DNA of 64,000 nucleotides from Paraspadella gotoi (taxonomy: Eukaryota; Animalia; Chaetognatha). The notes under the pieces are model-generated. The model did not search any database. It saw only the letters and a list, made by a program, of their open reading frames with translations, and was not told the origin of the DNA. The stretch is from assembly GCA_051294375.1 (NCBI GenBank), contig CM119264.1:6547238-6611237 (forward strand), given 5' to 3'. Shown here one piece after another: positions 38,201 through 51,909 of this stretch (positions are counted from its first letter, which is position 1; each line of letters begins with the position of its first letter). The translations under genes and the position numbers were made by a program.

Positions 38201-40620
38201 TCCCTCAGCTCCGCAGAATCGTTTTGCGCATGAAAATGATAGACCGCAAACATATAATATATATGACAGGGACTTCAACTGGAGTGATACGAAAAGATTT
38301 TATTAAGCTCGTAATTATCTCAGTGTCTATATTTTTTTATAAAATTTTTTAGTTAAAAAACTATTTGACGTTTATGTTGATCTTAAAAGTGTTCAAATTA
38401 CCTAATAGTATAATCAAAGTGAGTCGCAAGCACAGAGTCACTTTTTTTAACCGTTAATTTTTAAAGCTGATTGTGAAGTTATCAGATATAAAAAAATATT
38501 TTTTGTAATAAAAAATCAGTTTAGTGATTTGTTATTACAAAAAAAATTATCATGCAAAGCCTAACTTATCAATATGGTTATCTTTCATATTTTTTTCCAA
38601 GTTGAAATTTTTAATTTTAATATATTTTTAAGGGAAAACATGATGACTATGTCTATGACTATAAAAAATATTTTTTATTTTGGTTTAACATATATCTTAT
38701 TGATAAAAAAATAAAGCATTAAAAAATGTAATCCTTTTAATAGGAACTGAAGGATTAATAGTAAAGTCCTATTCCAAAGTAAAAATTCTGCTTCTTCAGA
38801 AATTTACCCTCTGAGGAAAATTTTTACAACATAAAAACATAAAAAATCCTAGCTAGAATTCTGCGAATTAGTGGATAACAAAATTCAAGTATTTTTCAAT
38901 TAGTATAACTAATTTTTATAGCCCGATCGCTCTTAGTTTCGATTATACTACAAGTTCTTTCGGATCACTCTAGTAGGAAGTCCCTGTATAAAATAAATAA
39001 TTGGCTCTAATTCTCAGAAGGTTTTATGCGGCCCCTATGCGTCTCAACCTCTGACTTTCCCGTGGCTTTGGAATCTTTCCACGATTCTAAGCCTCCAGTC
39101 AAATGAATTTGAAAGTCGATTAGACTTGGAATATTTTATGATGAAATTCTCAACTTAATTCACCATTTTATCTATTTTTTTTTTGTAGCGAGACATTTTA
39201 TCAAATATAATTATATTATTATATTATATTATCTTGTAAGAAAACCACCAAAGCTTGTCCAAAGTCAGGGGCAAGATAGCTTATTTATTAAATGATTGGA
39301 TAATTTTTATATTGCTTTGTAAATTTTATAGAGTAAGGTCGCTGATTGTGTCTCTCTTCCCAAAAACTGACCGTCTCATGGATGCTAAACAAAATTAAAA
39401 AATACGTAAAATATCCAAGAATAGAAGTTTAAAATAGCGACGCAATCCTATTTCACTGGTATAAATATAAACAATTAAAAAAGACATCATTTTATGCTTT
39501 TGAAACATTTTTTGAAAGATTATGCCACTTCATTGATAGGGAAGCCGAGGGAGCGAATAAACGAGACAGTGAGAGAGTCTTGATTGAAAACTTGCAGGGC
39601 TCTGTTATGTAACAATCTTGTAAGAGTGATGGAGGCCTTAAACTTCAATAGCCTATCAGGGCAAGATAGCTTAGTTATTAAATGAATGGATATTTTTATA
39701 ATGGTTAATAGTTATACCAATTTCGTCTCGAAAAAACAGTCAGAAAAAATTAAAGAAATAATGGAGTTATTGGAAGGAACAATGGCGATTTTATCTTCAC
39801 CATCGGCGAATGAGAGGAAGGAGGAAAAAGGAGTCAGTTCAAAGGTCAGTTCGAGGTTGTGGTTGTTGTTGTTGTTATTATTGTCGTTGTCGTTTTTACC
39901 CGCGGCGAAAGTCCGAGTCGAAAGATTTGAAGTTGTTAACGAGAGACAAAGAGAAGATTGCTGTGAAGGTGAAAACTTTGTAGTAATCAATTTGAAGAAA
40001 TGAAAAGATTGTTGTGAATTAAAATTAATTGATTATTTTTGAAGCGAATTCAGCTTTACTAGTTACTGGTTTCATGATAACGAAAGGGAAATATTCTCTT
40101 AATACATTCCAGACTTCATCAAACAAGAAAAGAAATCCCCATTAGTTAATTCAACCACCTTCGGCCCTGACGCCACCCTGCCACCTACAATTCCACCACC
40201 ATAAAACCACCGCAATTTTTACACCGCAATTTTGCGATCGTTCTCTTGGCAGCCGAATCTCCAAAGAGTCTGAGATCCTCCTCTTCCTTTCCTTTTTCTT
40301 TTCTTTTTATTCTTCCTCTATTCGTTCATTCTCGCTGTTTTCGCTTTTAATTTCCTTTTATTTCTTTTCTCTTGGCTCTATGTTCCCTTATATGTTTATC
40401 TCTCTCTTTGTCTTTATTTCTTTCTTTTTGTTTCTTTGTACTTCTTTCTAACCTCATTTTTTCTTTATTCATCAAATATTCTACTCTTTTTTTCCCCCAT
40501 AGTTTAAATTTTTATTTCTTCAAATTCTTTTTTTTTTCTTTTTTCTTTAATCCTTCTACCATTTTTTTCTTTCTCTTTTTTCTTCTGTTCCCTCTTATTT
40601 TCTTTTGTTTTGCTTTCCAC
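35250..40620 (+). repeat. Further copies of the same block: 35250-35736 repeats about 22370-22780; about 35900-40620 repeats about 24940-29750
   Basis: Collinear near-identity with many homopolymer indels, e.g. caagttctt(t)cg...gatc(c)actctagtagga at about 28010 and 38951, and ccaccttcggccctgacgccacc at about 29243 and 40155. Confidence 0.9.
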
Positions 40621-40947
40621 CGTTTCTTTTTCTTCTATCTTCTATTGTTTTTTTTCCTTTTTTACTCAACTTTCCTCCCTTTTCATCCTTTTCTCTTCCC
40701 AATTCTTTTCTTTCCTCCTTCCTCCCTTTTTCCCTTTTTTTCTTTTTCTCCCTCATCTCGTCACGAGAAAAACTAATCGAAATTTCACGACTCTTCGCGT
40801 TTTACCACAGTATTTTTTCTGCGCCGATGGCCGTGGGCTGCTTTGTAATTCCCCTCCCCTCCCCTCTATTCCTCTCTCTCNNNNNNNNNNNNNNNNNNNN
40901 NNNNNTCTCTCTCTCTCTCTCTCTCTCTCTTTCTCCTCCTCCTCTCT

Positions 40948-40987
<40 letters not shown>

Positions 40988-41219
40988 TCTCTCTCTCTCC
41001 TCTTCACGCTTAATTCCAATTTGTCGCATCCTGTGAAAAGTCCTCGAGCGCAAATTGGGAGAGATCATTGTGCCGGACGAATGGGGATAGCAAAGGAGGA
41101 GGCGAAGGGAGCTCTCTCTTTCTCCTCTCTCTCTCTCTTTCTCCTTTCCTCTCATCTCTCTCCTCTCTCTCTCCTCCTCTTCTTCTTCTTCTCTTCTCTC
41201 CTTCTCTTCATCTCTCTCT

Positions 41220-44200
41220 AGGGTAAATCTTTCTCTTTAATAATTACCACCGTCAGTAGGTTGGGCAAACCATGGCTTGGTAGCAATAAGTGGTGTGCGT
41301 TAGTGGTCGTGGAAAGTTTTGTTTTGGCGTTAGTTGTGCAGTTATTTGTTGGAAAACGATGGGAAGGTAACCGGAAGTCGAAGAAAGTAAGGCGCCGCTG
41401 CGTGGTCTCAACACTTTGCCCGCGAGGGTTCCGACGGAAATCGGAGGAAAACCCGATACAAACGACTGAATTAAATTTTAGTTGAAGAAAACGAATAAAG
41501 AGAAAGAAATAAGAAGAAGAAATAAGAAAAGAAAAAAGAAAAGAAAGAAAGAAAAAGAGAAAAGAATGAAAGAGAATGAAGGGAAAGAAAAAGAAAGAAG
41601 ATAAAAAGAAAAAAGATAAGAAAAAAAGAAGAAAAAAAGAAGAAAGAGGGAAAAGAAAATAAAAAGAGGAGCAGAAAAAAGAAAGAGAAGAAGAAAGAAA
41701 AAAAAGAAAGAAATAGGAAGCAACAAAGAACAGAGCAAGTATAACAGGAAAATGGAAAGAGAAGAAGAGCATAAAGAAAGAAAGAAAAGGACAGAAACAA
41801 GGCACAGAATAAGAAAGAAAAAGGACCGAAGAAAGAGGAAAAGGAGGGAAAACAGGCGGAAAGAAAGAAGAAAGAAGAAGAAGAACAGTAGAACAGCACG
41901 AAAAAGAAAAAGAGAAACAAAAAAAGAAGAATAGGCAGAAAGAACCCACAAGAGACACAAAAGAGGCATGACAAGAAGTGAAAGAAAGACGAAACAGAGG
42001 AAAAGAGAACAAAGAAGGAAAAAGACCATAGAAGAGGGTGATAAGAAACAGGAAGGAGATAAAAAAGTCACCTAAGAAAAGGGCAAAGAAGCCAAGAAAA
42101 GAAAAAGCCTGAAGAAGAAAAGAAAAAAAAAAAGAAGGATGGGGAAAGAAAGAAACAGAAGAAGAACGAGGAACGAACCAAAGCCACCGCCGCGAACACA
42201 AACACGCCAAGAAAGAGGAAAGAATAAGGAAAGAAAAGAACGAAAGACAGTGAAGCAAAGAAAAAGCAACAGAGGCACCCACAAAGCCCACGCACAGGGA
42301 AGAAGAAAAGACAGCCGGTACGAATCAAACAAAGGGCCAACAAAGAAACGAAGAACAGAACAACAAGGAACAACAAAAAAGAAAAGCAAAGGAGGGACAG
42401 GATAACAAGAAAAGGAAAAAGAAAAGGAGAAAGAAGAAAATAGGAAAAAAAGAAGGAGAGAAAAAAAGGAAAAAGAGAAAAAGGAAAGAAAAAGAGAAGG
42501 AAATAAAGAAAGGGAACAAAGACAGGAACAGAGAAAAGGAAAGAAGAAAACAGGAAAAGGAAAGAGACCAAAAAGAAAGGAACAGACCGACGAAAAAAGA
42601 AAAGAATAGAAACGGAGAAGAAAAGAGGAGAAGAACAAAAAGAGACAGAGAAAGAAAAAGACAAAAAGGGAAAAGAAAAGGAGAAGGTAAATAAACAGAA
42701 AAGAAGGAGAAGAAGAAAGGAAGAAAGAAAGGAAAGGGAAAAGAAAGAAAAGAAAGAAAACAGAAAGAAAGAAGTAAAAGAAGAAAGGGAAGAAAAGAAA
42801 AAGAGAAAAAAAAAAAAGAGAAAGCAGAAGAGAAGAGAAAAAAAACTACCGAAAAATAGGCAAGACAGACACGATAAGATCAAGGAAAGGAAACAAAGAA
42901 ATAGGAAGAAAAGAAGAAACACCCGAAAGAAAAGAAGAAGAAAAAGTAAGAAAGAAAAGAAAGAAAAGGAGACGAAAGAGAACCCAAAAAGAAAGACCAA
43001 AAGAAAGAAGAAAAAGAAAGACAAGAAAAAGGAGAAGAAGAAAGAAGAAAAAACGAAAAAAAAAAGCAAGAAAAGAAGAAGGATGAAAAAAAAAGGAGAG
43101 AAGAGAAAGAAGAAAAGGAGAAAAGAAGCAAAAGAAACAATGTGGGAGACCAATCTAGAATGCATCCATCACCACTACACCTTGTTTCGCTTCTTGTCAT
43201 ACACCTCTAATCTCGTTGGATACACTGAACTTCTGAAAAAGTAAAACAGAAACCAGGACGAAAAAGCGGGAGCAGAAGAAAAGGAAAAGAAAGAGAAGGC
43301 AAAAGACATGGAAAGGGACAAATAAGGAAAGAAGAACAAGAAAAAGGAACAAAGAGAAAAGAAAAGAGAGAAGGAAAAAAAAAAGAGCAGAGGAAAAAGA
43401 AAAAAGAAAAAAACGAAAAACAGAACAAGAAAAGAGATGAAGAAGAAAGAACGAGAAAGTATAAAGTCTAACTAATCATATCTAACAAGCAGATGGAATC
43501 AATATGAGCGAGTCCTCCCGAAATCAATATTACCCTCATCTAGTAGATCCCCGCGCCATGTCCTAACAAACACGTCCACGCTATAGCACAATAGTAAACT
43601 AATTGCTAGACAGGGAAAACGAAACAGGGTAAAAAGAAAGGCGAGACGGAAAGGAGCAAAAGTAAAAGAAAAAGCAAAAGAAAGAGACAAAGGAAAGAAA
43701 TAAGAAAAACGAAAGGAAAGAAAAAAGACAAGGAAGAAAAGAAAGCAGAAGAACAGAAAAGAAAGAGAAGAAAAAGAGAAAGAAAGAAAAGAAAGAAAGG
43801 ATAAACGTAAAACGAGGGAAAAAGAAAAGGGGACGGGGGGAAAAAAGAGGAAAAGAAAAAAAAATAAAAAAAAAGAGGGGGGGGGGGGAGGGGGGGCGGG
43901 GTAAAACGACGGAGCGAAAAAAAACAAAAAAAACGGAAAAAAAGGAAAAAGAGAAAAAAAGAAAAAAAAGAAAAAAGGAAAAAAAAAAAAGAAAAAAAGA
44001 AAAAAAAAAGAACAAAAATTATGGAAAAAAGAAAAAAAAAAAAAAGGGAAAAAAAAGATTGAGAAAAAAGAACAAAAGAAAAAAAAAAATAAACGAAAGA
44101 AAGAAAGAAAGGAAGCAAAGAAAATCGAATAAGACGAAGAAATGAAAGCTTAGCAGAAACCTGCGGAAACTAAACAACCTTTAAAAAAAAAAAAAATCGA

Positions 44201-47200
44201 TGAACAACAAAGTTTTCAGAAATCGCAACGTTTTCTGCCTGACGGCGTCGACACGGTGAGACTCGATGATGACGACAAAAAAAACTTAGACAAATGAAAA
44301 AAAAAACCACCCAAAATACAAACAAACTCAGAGAAAAATGGCAATTATAAATTACATTTACGTATTAACTATGTTTATAAAAATTGGTCTAAAAAAGAAT
44401 GAAGTAATTAATCGAATAAATAATAAATAAATCCCTTTCCTCTTGCATTTCGGCCACAGGGGCGAATGCAGTCCGATTTATTTTCTCCTCGCGCAATTCA
44501 ATATTAGTTTTTTTTTTTCTCTTTCCAAGTTTTGACTTTAAATTAGACCCTCGGGTTGCAAGAAAAAAAAATTTAGCGGAAAACCATTGCCAGATCAGCC
44601 TTAACGTTCAGCCTAATCAAGAATGCATTAATCTTAACAATGTATTTTTCTTATTTAACTAGAATCCTATGTTCTATAGCAACTTACATGATAGTTTATG
44701 GTTTTTTTTTTTAATTTTAACTAGCCAAACATTTTTTTAAGTTTATTTTTTCTTTAACGTTTGAGGCCTTAATAAATATTACTTACTTTATCCACCAACT
44801 TAACTATTAACCGTGAACGTTGTGGCGACTGACGGACCGGACCATGAGAGGACCCGGCGTCTGCTATAATCTTTTCAGCCGATATCTTCCACTTTGCTCA
44901 CGTACAGATTTGATGAACATTTTTATAACTTATTGTGGTCCGAATGCTGAATAGACTCTCAAAACTATTTTGCAATTTCGTGCTTTTAAACAATTTCTTA
45001 ATTAAAATATTTATTTCTCTACCTTCTATTACTCTGCCTAAGAGTTCAGTAAATTCTAACTGCTTTCTATAGATTGTAAAAATTCTAGTTTTTTTCAAAA
45101 ATACTACTATGTCGTCTTATTACTTTTAAGCCCAAAAGAACTTCAAGCAGCCAGACACTCATAACCAAACACATTACTTTAAAATAGATAACATTTCACG
45201 TTGAAGGCGCGATTTTGTCAAATATAGTTCTAAAATAAGCAAAATTTTGTCAGCCAAGAAAAAAAGTTAGCTAAAAATTGTTAAAGAGATTTGTACTCTC
45301 TACTTAAAGTTATCAAATTGATTTAAGGGAAAAGCGATGGGAAAATCATCACCTTTTAAACGAACATCACACTTTACCAAACAGCTCTTGAACAGAATTA
45401 CAATATTTCGACGATCTCATTATTTCTAAACACCACAATGTCAAAAACAACTCGATGTCAAACGGAATAGGCACATACTAACTGAGGACATCAGAACCAT
45501 ATGTCACTAGACACATTACTAATATTACCGGACTTTTTTTTTGACAAAAAAATGTATCCATTCGAAAAAAAAATTTGGGGAAAATAAAATGAATAAAACA
45601 TCGATCAATGTATCTCTCTCTTTTCTCTGGTAAAACCTTCTTAATACCACCGCGTCGTAGGTGGCACCAAGGCTTGGTAAGGCAATAAGTGAGTGGCGTA
45701 GTGGCGTNNNNNNNNNNNNNNNNNNNNNNNNNNNNNNNNNNNNNNNNNNNNNNNNNNNNNNNNNNNNNNNNNNNNNNNNNNNNNNNNNNNNNNNNNNNNN
45801 NNNNNNNNNNNNNNNNNNNNNNNNNNNNNNNNNNNNNNNNNNNNNNNNNNNNNNNNNNNNNNNNNNNNNNNNNNNNNNNNNNNNNNNNGAGAAAACAAAG
45901 TTTTCAAGAAATGCAAGTTTCTGCCTGACGGCGTCGAACGGTGAGACTCGAGAAAAAAAATTAGAAAATGAAAAAAAACAACCCAAAACAAACAAACTCA
46001 AGAGAAAAATGCAATATAAATACATACGTTTACTATGTTTTAAATGTCTAAAAAGAATGAATAATTAATCGAATAAATAAATAAATCCCTTTCTCTGATT
46101 TCGGCCACAGGCGATGCGTCGATTTATTTTCTCTCGGAATTCAATATTAGTTTTTTTTTTCTCTTCCAAGTTTTGATTTAAATTAGACCCTCGGAGGCAA
46201 GAAAAAAAATTAGGGAAACAATACCAGAATAACCAGATCTGCTCACTATCAGCTAATCAGATGATTAATCTTAAAATCTTTTTTATTTAATAGAATCTAT
46301 ATTTCCGCCAAGGATCGAAGTTAGCGTAAAATATGTAATGTATAAAAAGGGCACGGCCAACGCTTTCCTCTTCGACTCGCGCTAAATTCGCGGAAAAAAA
46401 AAATCGTAAAAATTACTTCTCGAAACTCTCGTCGTCGATGGTCAACAGGCAGCCAATCCAGAAGTGCCACGAAGGAAGAACTCACATTTTGCGATCCAAA
46501 ACGCGAAGGAAACCGCGCGCGGCCCAAACCAGAAACAAGAATCACTATCTCAAATATTAGTTTTTTTTAGTTAACTTGCCAACATTTTTTTAGTTTTATT
46601 TTTTATCACGTTGTGGCCTTAATAAATATACTTGCTGTATTTAACTACTCATCACTACTTAGTTGTTCACTTTAGGCACTTGTTACGAGATAACGATCCT
46701 TTTTTATAGTTGTTACCATCAGTGAACCTATATCGTTGTGGGACTGATATGACCGCCACGCTACGAAGAGCTCGGCAATTCGTTTAAGCATTGTGTTGCT
46801 AAAATTGTCAGCCGATATTTCCACTTGTGTACAGATTGAAGAATTTTCTATAACTTATTGTCCGAATGAATAGACACTGAAACTATATGACATTTGTCGC
46901 TTTTAAAAAATTCTAAATATTTATTTCTACCTCTATTAATTACTGCTAAGAGTTCAGTAAATTCTAACTGTTTTTATAGATGTAAAAATTCTAGTTTTTT
47001 TCAAATATTCTATGTCGTTTATTACTTTAACAAAAAGATTCAGCAGCAGACATCATACAAACAATTTTACATTTAAAATAGATAAATTTGTGAAGGCACG
47101 TTTGTCAAATACAGTTTAAAATAAGCAAAATTTGTCAGAAGAAAAAAAGTTAGTAAAATTGTAAAGAGATTTGTATCTCTACTTAAAGTTATCAAATTGA

Positions 47201-47430
47201 TTAAGGGAAAGGTGGAAAATCATCACTTTTAAAGACATCACATTTACAAACAGTCTTGAACAGAATTACATATTCGAGATCTCATTATTTAAACACGTCA
47301 AAAACAATCGATGTCAACGGAATAGGACATAAAACATAGGTCATAGAACATACTAATATTACCGGATTTTTTTGGAAAAAAATGTATCCATCGAAAAAAA
47401 ATTTAGGAAAAAAAATGAATAAAAATGATA
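41220..47430 (+). repeat. Direct duplication: 41220-45600 is a noisy copy of 45630-47430, with a long A/G stutter where the second copy has an N-gap
   Basis: ggcttggta(a)g(g)caataagtg at about 41275 and 45672; ctgcctgacggcgtcga at about 44235 and 45921; aatattaccgga at about 45520 and 47354. Confidence 0.8.
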
Positions 47431-50349
47431 ATGTTGACACGAAAGAACTAGATATTTACTTTCACCAATCCTTACATTGTTTCATAACTGGATCCTCAAA
47501 GACTGGCCAAAGTGTTCCGTCGCATTCGGGTGGTGGAAAAAACCAAATACAACAAAACAAAAATAAATAATAACCAAAAACCGCTGCAGATTAAGGTCTC
47601 CTTGGTCAATTTTCTTTTACCCCTCGCGAGAATAAGCCAGAAGTAGCCAAATGTAAGATTGGAATACCCGAAGGGACCAAAAGTCTCAAGAAAATCTCTC
47701 CGTTTTTTTAAAAAAGGAAAATTAAATTTTAGAAATAAATAATGAAAAGAGGAAAAAACTGTGGCGAGTTTGAAGAAGAATAATGATAAAAGAAATTGAT
47801 ATTCGAATTATGCAAATAATTCCCCGATGGGTTGCGTCAGTCAGTCTTCTGTCCAACAACAATCAGCCAACTTTACCCACATAACCCTACCATTAAAAAC
47901 CCCTAAACCCCGATTAATAACTGCATTACCATCCATTCACCAACCTTGTAGAATATACTGATCACATACAACCAACCACAAACACTAAAAACACCATGCA
48001 TCACAATCCCTAATGAATAAAACCGCAAAAATTTATGGGAAATAAGAAAATAAATATGAAATAAATGAAAGCGAATGATTCAGGCTTATTAAATGGGTTA
48101 TTTCAGTGTTTTACACCGTAAATATTTTTCACGATTTTTTAAATTGGTCAAGGATCTGCCATGGGAACCCTATGTTATTATGACAGGGGATGGCAGAGAA
48201 GCGATGAAATGGCAGGCTACGAACAAGTTCTTAAAGCGCGCCATAGAAAAGATACAAACAAGAGCGATGGGAAACCTGGAAGAAATTGTCTTTTCCGATT
48301 GTCACGCCGCGGAATCTGCGCTATGGAAAATGATCTGAGCCACCTGGCTGGTCATCGATGTTCTGCCGTCCCCAGCAACGTCGAGTCCAAAGGTCAGAGT
48401 AATTCTGGGGCGTCCATCCTATTCTCGTGTCACGGTGAATCGGGGTTTAGCTTATGCCAGGTCCACTCGATTCCCAAGCTCATCCGAACCCGAGATTGTT
48501 GTTGTTGTTATAGTTGTTTGTTGGGTTGTTGTTGTGTATGGTTCGTCGTTTGCCCTCTCCCGACCTCGAAAGTTCCGAAGAATCGAAATTTTCAAATTTG
48601 TTAGACATCTCGGGATGTTTTTGCAGGACCGAGGTAAGAACGGTTCCCGGTTTAACGGTATAGCTCTCCGTCTCTCCGTTCTCGTCTCCCTGCTCTCTCT
48701 CGTCCTCGTCTCTCGTCCTCATCTCGTCTCTCTCTCCTCCTCTCTCTCTCTCTCTACCATCTCTCTTCCTCTCTCGTCTCTCTCCTCTTCTCTCCCTCTC
48801 CTCCTTCTCTATTCTGTCTCTCTCTCTCTTCTCTGCTGCTCAAAACTCAGTGTAAAAAATGATTTTTTCGTAAGAATCGGATTTTAGCTTTTAATGGCCC
48901 ACAACGCTAGGTCCAAAGCCGCTGTTGCTACTTTGATTCGAAGTACAGATTCAATTTACAATTCAATAAATCTCTCTCCTCTCTCCTCCTCCTCTCTCTC
49001 TCTCTCTCTCCTGCTCTCTACCTCCTCCTTCTCCTCTCTCTCTCTCTCTCTCCTCCCGTCTCTCTCTCTCTCTCTATCTATGCTAGGTTTCTTATCACTG
49101 GGAAAAACAGTTTGTATTAAATTGACAATTACGAGCAATTAAAGTCTTTCGGTTCATAGTTTCCTATTCATATAGATCCAATTTGCCCCTTGCTAGGATG
49201 ATCCCCAGCTTAAAACCAAAATTAAACGTAAACAGAAAACTCTATATCCCCGGTACAAAGAATAAAAAACCTAGAATTATAAAAACTAACTCCTGATTAT
49301 TTGAAAGTAGGTTATTTCCCCCCAATAACCAATGGGATTAATACTGGTGTTACCAAAACTAACTGGTATCACCCCAGATAGAACGCTGTATTGGGGGTTT
49401 GGGATGGCCGGGGTTTCCAACAAATAAAAATGGTCTCGGACTTAATTCGTCCCAGCCTGGGAAATTAAATAATCCACGTTGGTTCAGTCACCCATTTTTA
49501 ATTAAAAAACTCAAACCTATTAATAAACTTAAATGAAATAAGATAAGGGGATGGTTTTTTTAGGGTCACTGGCCCAAGTTTCAAATTTCAAATTTTCCAA
49601 TTTCTCTCTCTCCTTCTCCTCCCTCTCTCTCTCCTCTCTCTCCCTCTCCTCTCTCTCCTCTGCCCTCCTCCTCCTCTGCTTCCTCCTCTCTCTCTCTCTC
49701 TCTTCTCATTGTTTTACTCTTTCCATCATTGTAAAAGGGAAGCCCTTACCTATTATTTCTTTTCCGCGAACTCTCGGTTCCTGGTCTCTCTCTCTCATCT
49801 CTCTCTCCTGGTCTTTTTTTCTCCCCGTCTCTTTCCGGCTTTTTCTTCATTCGCCACCAACATAGGTCAAAGGCCTTTTTTCTGTTGACAAACCCTTTTC
49901 CAAATTCGCCTCTGGCGCTTTCCCCTCTCCCTCTTCCAAACCCCAACCATTGCCCCATACAAACCAAGCCCCGACCCCCTCCCCCGGGAGATTTCATTCG
50001 GATGGGTTCACAAAAATTCTCTCGGATTGCCCGGACCCAAAATTCTGTTGTGCCCCATATTTTTGGCGTCAAAAGCATACTTGGCCTTATCCCCAGTTCA
50101 AACTAATGTTTTAACCAGAATTTCTGTCCCTTTTCTTTTCCCGGCTTCATCGTCCCTTCCTCCGCCTCCAAAAACTCTCGAAGGTCCCTCTTAATTTGTC
50201 CGGCCCTCCCAAAGCTCTATTTTTCCGCTGATTCTCGTGCGGGTTTCCTTCCCCAAAAAAATTTCCCCGAACATTTTTTACCCTTTTTCCTTTTTAATGA
50301 ATACCAAAATCTCCGAGAAAAATACAATATCTCCAATCCCCAATCCCAA

Positions 50350-51030
50350 AAATGGCCTTCTGTATCCAAACGGTTGCCCTCATTTCGTCCCCGGTTATCT
50401 TCACCGCCATTCAATCCGAGATTCATTGTTTCCCCTCCATCTGGTATCTTTAATGCACCGGTTTTCTTCCCTATGGGATCCCGATTGCTAACAAAAACCG
50501 AACGAGCGTTCCACCGCGTGGCTTCCCTCCTGCCCGCGATTGGGCCCGCCCTCCTCCACGACGCGTCGGGCCACCCCGAGACCGAAATGCCCGGCTGACC
50601 CAAAAAAGGTGATGGTCAAGGGCATGTGAATGCCCCCGTGGTATTGAGCAGGCCCGGAAAATATAGCAGCTTCTGCCAAATGCCGACGAAATGTGGATTC
50701 CGGCCAACGCGATTATTAAATCAAAGAATCCTGTGAATGGCTCGAAGAAATTCGAGCCCCTGTTGGCCCTCTGGCGGCAGCCCTGAATAAGATTGACTAT
50801 GAGAGGATGTTCAAGGGAGATTGGGAAATCAAACCACCGTGGAAGAAATTGCCCTATCCCAGGTGTCTCTGTGAGAGCAGCGGTGTCAGATTCGAGGATG
50901 GAAAAAGAAATATTGATCCTGAACCGGGCGTCGCAGATTGTCAATTGTTTCGAAACAAATCCGCCAGGATCCGTTCAAGCCCTCTTTACGAATAAGCACG
51001 GAGGCCGCGGATGGTTATGTGCGTAAGAAG
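50350..51030 (+). other. Indel-riddled inverted copy of the 51909-51150 ORF (raw-read fill or pseudogene)
   Basis: Shared strings with the minus-strand ORF include aaaatggc, gatggtcaa(a)gggcatgtg, aagattgactatg, ggcgtcgcagatt and caggatccgttcaa. Frameshifts are frequent, and the copy abuts the 25-N gap at 51125-51149. Confidence 0.75.
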
Positions 51031-51149
51031 AATCAAAGTTTAGTTTCCGATTAAACAAGTGATAGCAGTTGTATTTTTCGTAGTATTGAGATGTTAGTTT
51101 AGTTTAGTTTTAGGTTTAGTTCTGNNNNNNNNNNNNNNNNNNNNNNNNN

Positions 51150-51909
51150 GAAATACCATCGCGGCTCGTTTTTCGTAAAGAGGGTTGAACGGATCCTGGG
51201 GATTGTTTCGAACATTGAAATCTGCGACGCCGTCGATAATATTTTNNNNNNNNNNNNNNNNNNNNNNNNNNNNNNNNNNNNNNNNNNNNNNNNNNNNNNN
51301 NNNNNNNNNNNNNNNNNNNNNNNNNNNNNNNNNNNNNNNNNNNNNNNNNNNNNNNNNNNNNNNNNNNNNNNNNNNNNNNNNNNNNNNNNNNNNNNNNNNN
51401 NNNNNNNNNNNNNNNNNNNNNNNNNNNNNNNNNNNNNNNNNNNNNNNNNNNNNNNNNNNNNNNNNNNNNNNNNNNNNNNNNNNNNNNNNNNNNNNNNNNN
51501 NNNNNNNNNNNNNNNNNNNNNNNNNNNNNNCATAGTCAATCTTTTCCCACGGCTGCAGCAGAGGCCACAGACTGGAGTCCCCCATCCAGATTTCCTTTTG
51601 GTAATATCCGGTGGCGATCCACAATTCGTCCAGCATTGGGAGAAGCTGCATATATTTTCGCCCGTCCATTACCACGGGCATCCACATGCCTTTGACCATC
51701 TTTGTCCAGCCGGGCTCCGTCTCGCGACCCCGAGGAGGCATCGGCAGAGGGAAGCCCCGCGTGGAACGTTGCGGGGTTCCGTTGCTATCGTATTCGCAAT
51801 AGAGGATCAACTGCTGCATTTCGAGATACGAGGTGCAGGGAACATGCATATCCTCCATAAATGGCGTGAAGAAACCGGGACGAATGAGGGAGTTTGGATC
51901 AGAAGCCAT
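51150..51909 (-). CDS. Uncharacterised Trp/Met/Pro-rich protein of about 190+ aa, apparently single-exon, interrupted by an N-gap (MASDPNSLIRPGFFTPFMEDMH...PWEKIDY-gap-NIIDGVADFNVRNNPQDPFNPLYEKRAAMVF)
   Basis: AAAATGG start. 126 stop-free, complex codons at 51909-51531, GC-richer than the flanks, and 32 further codons at 51245-51150. A noisy inverted copy at 50350-51030 links the two parts. I do not recognise the family. Confidence 0.7.

Noticed and set aside
41480-44140. About 2.7-kb polypurine tract giving 357-aa and 365-aa Phe/Ser/Leu ORFs (possible membrane proteins or triplex DNA)
   Set aside because: It is an aperiodic A/G stutter located where the duplicate copy has only a short N-gap. 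The ORFs are compositional artefacts.
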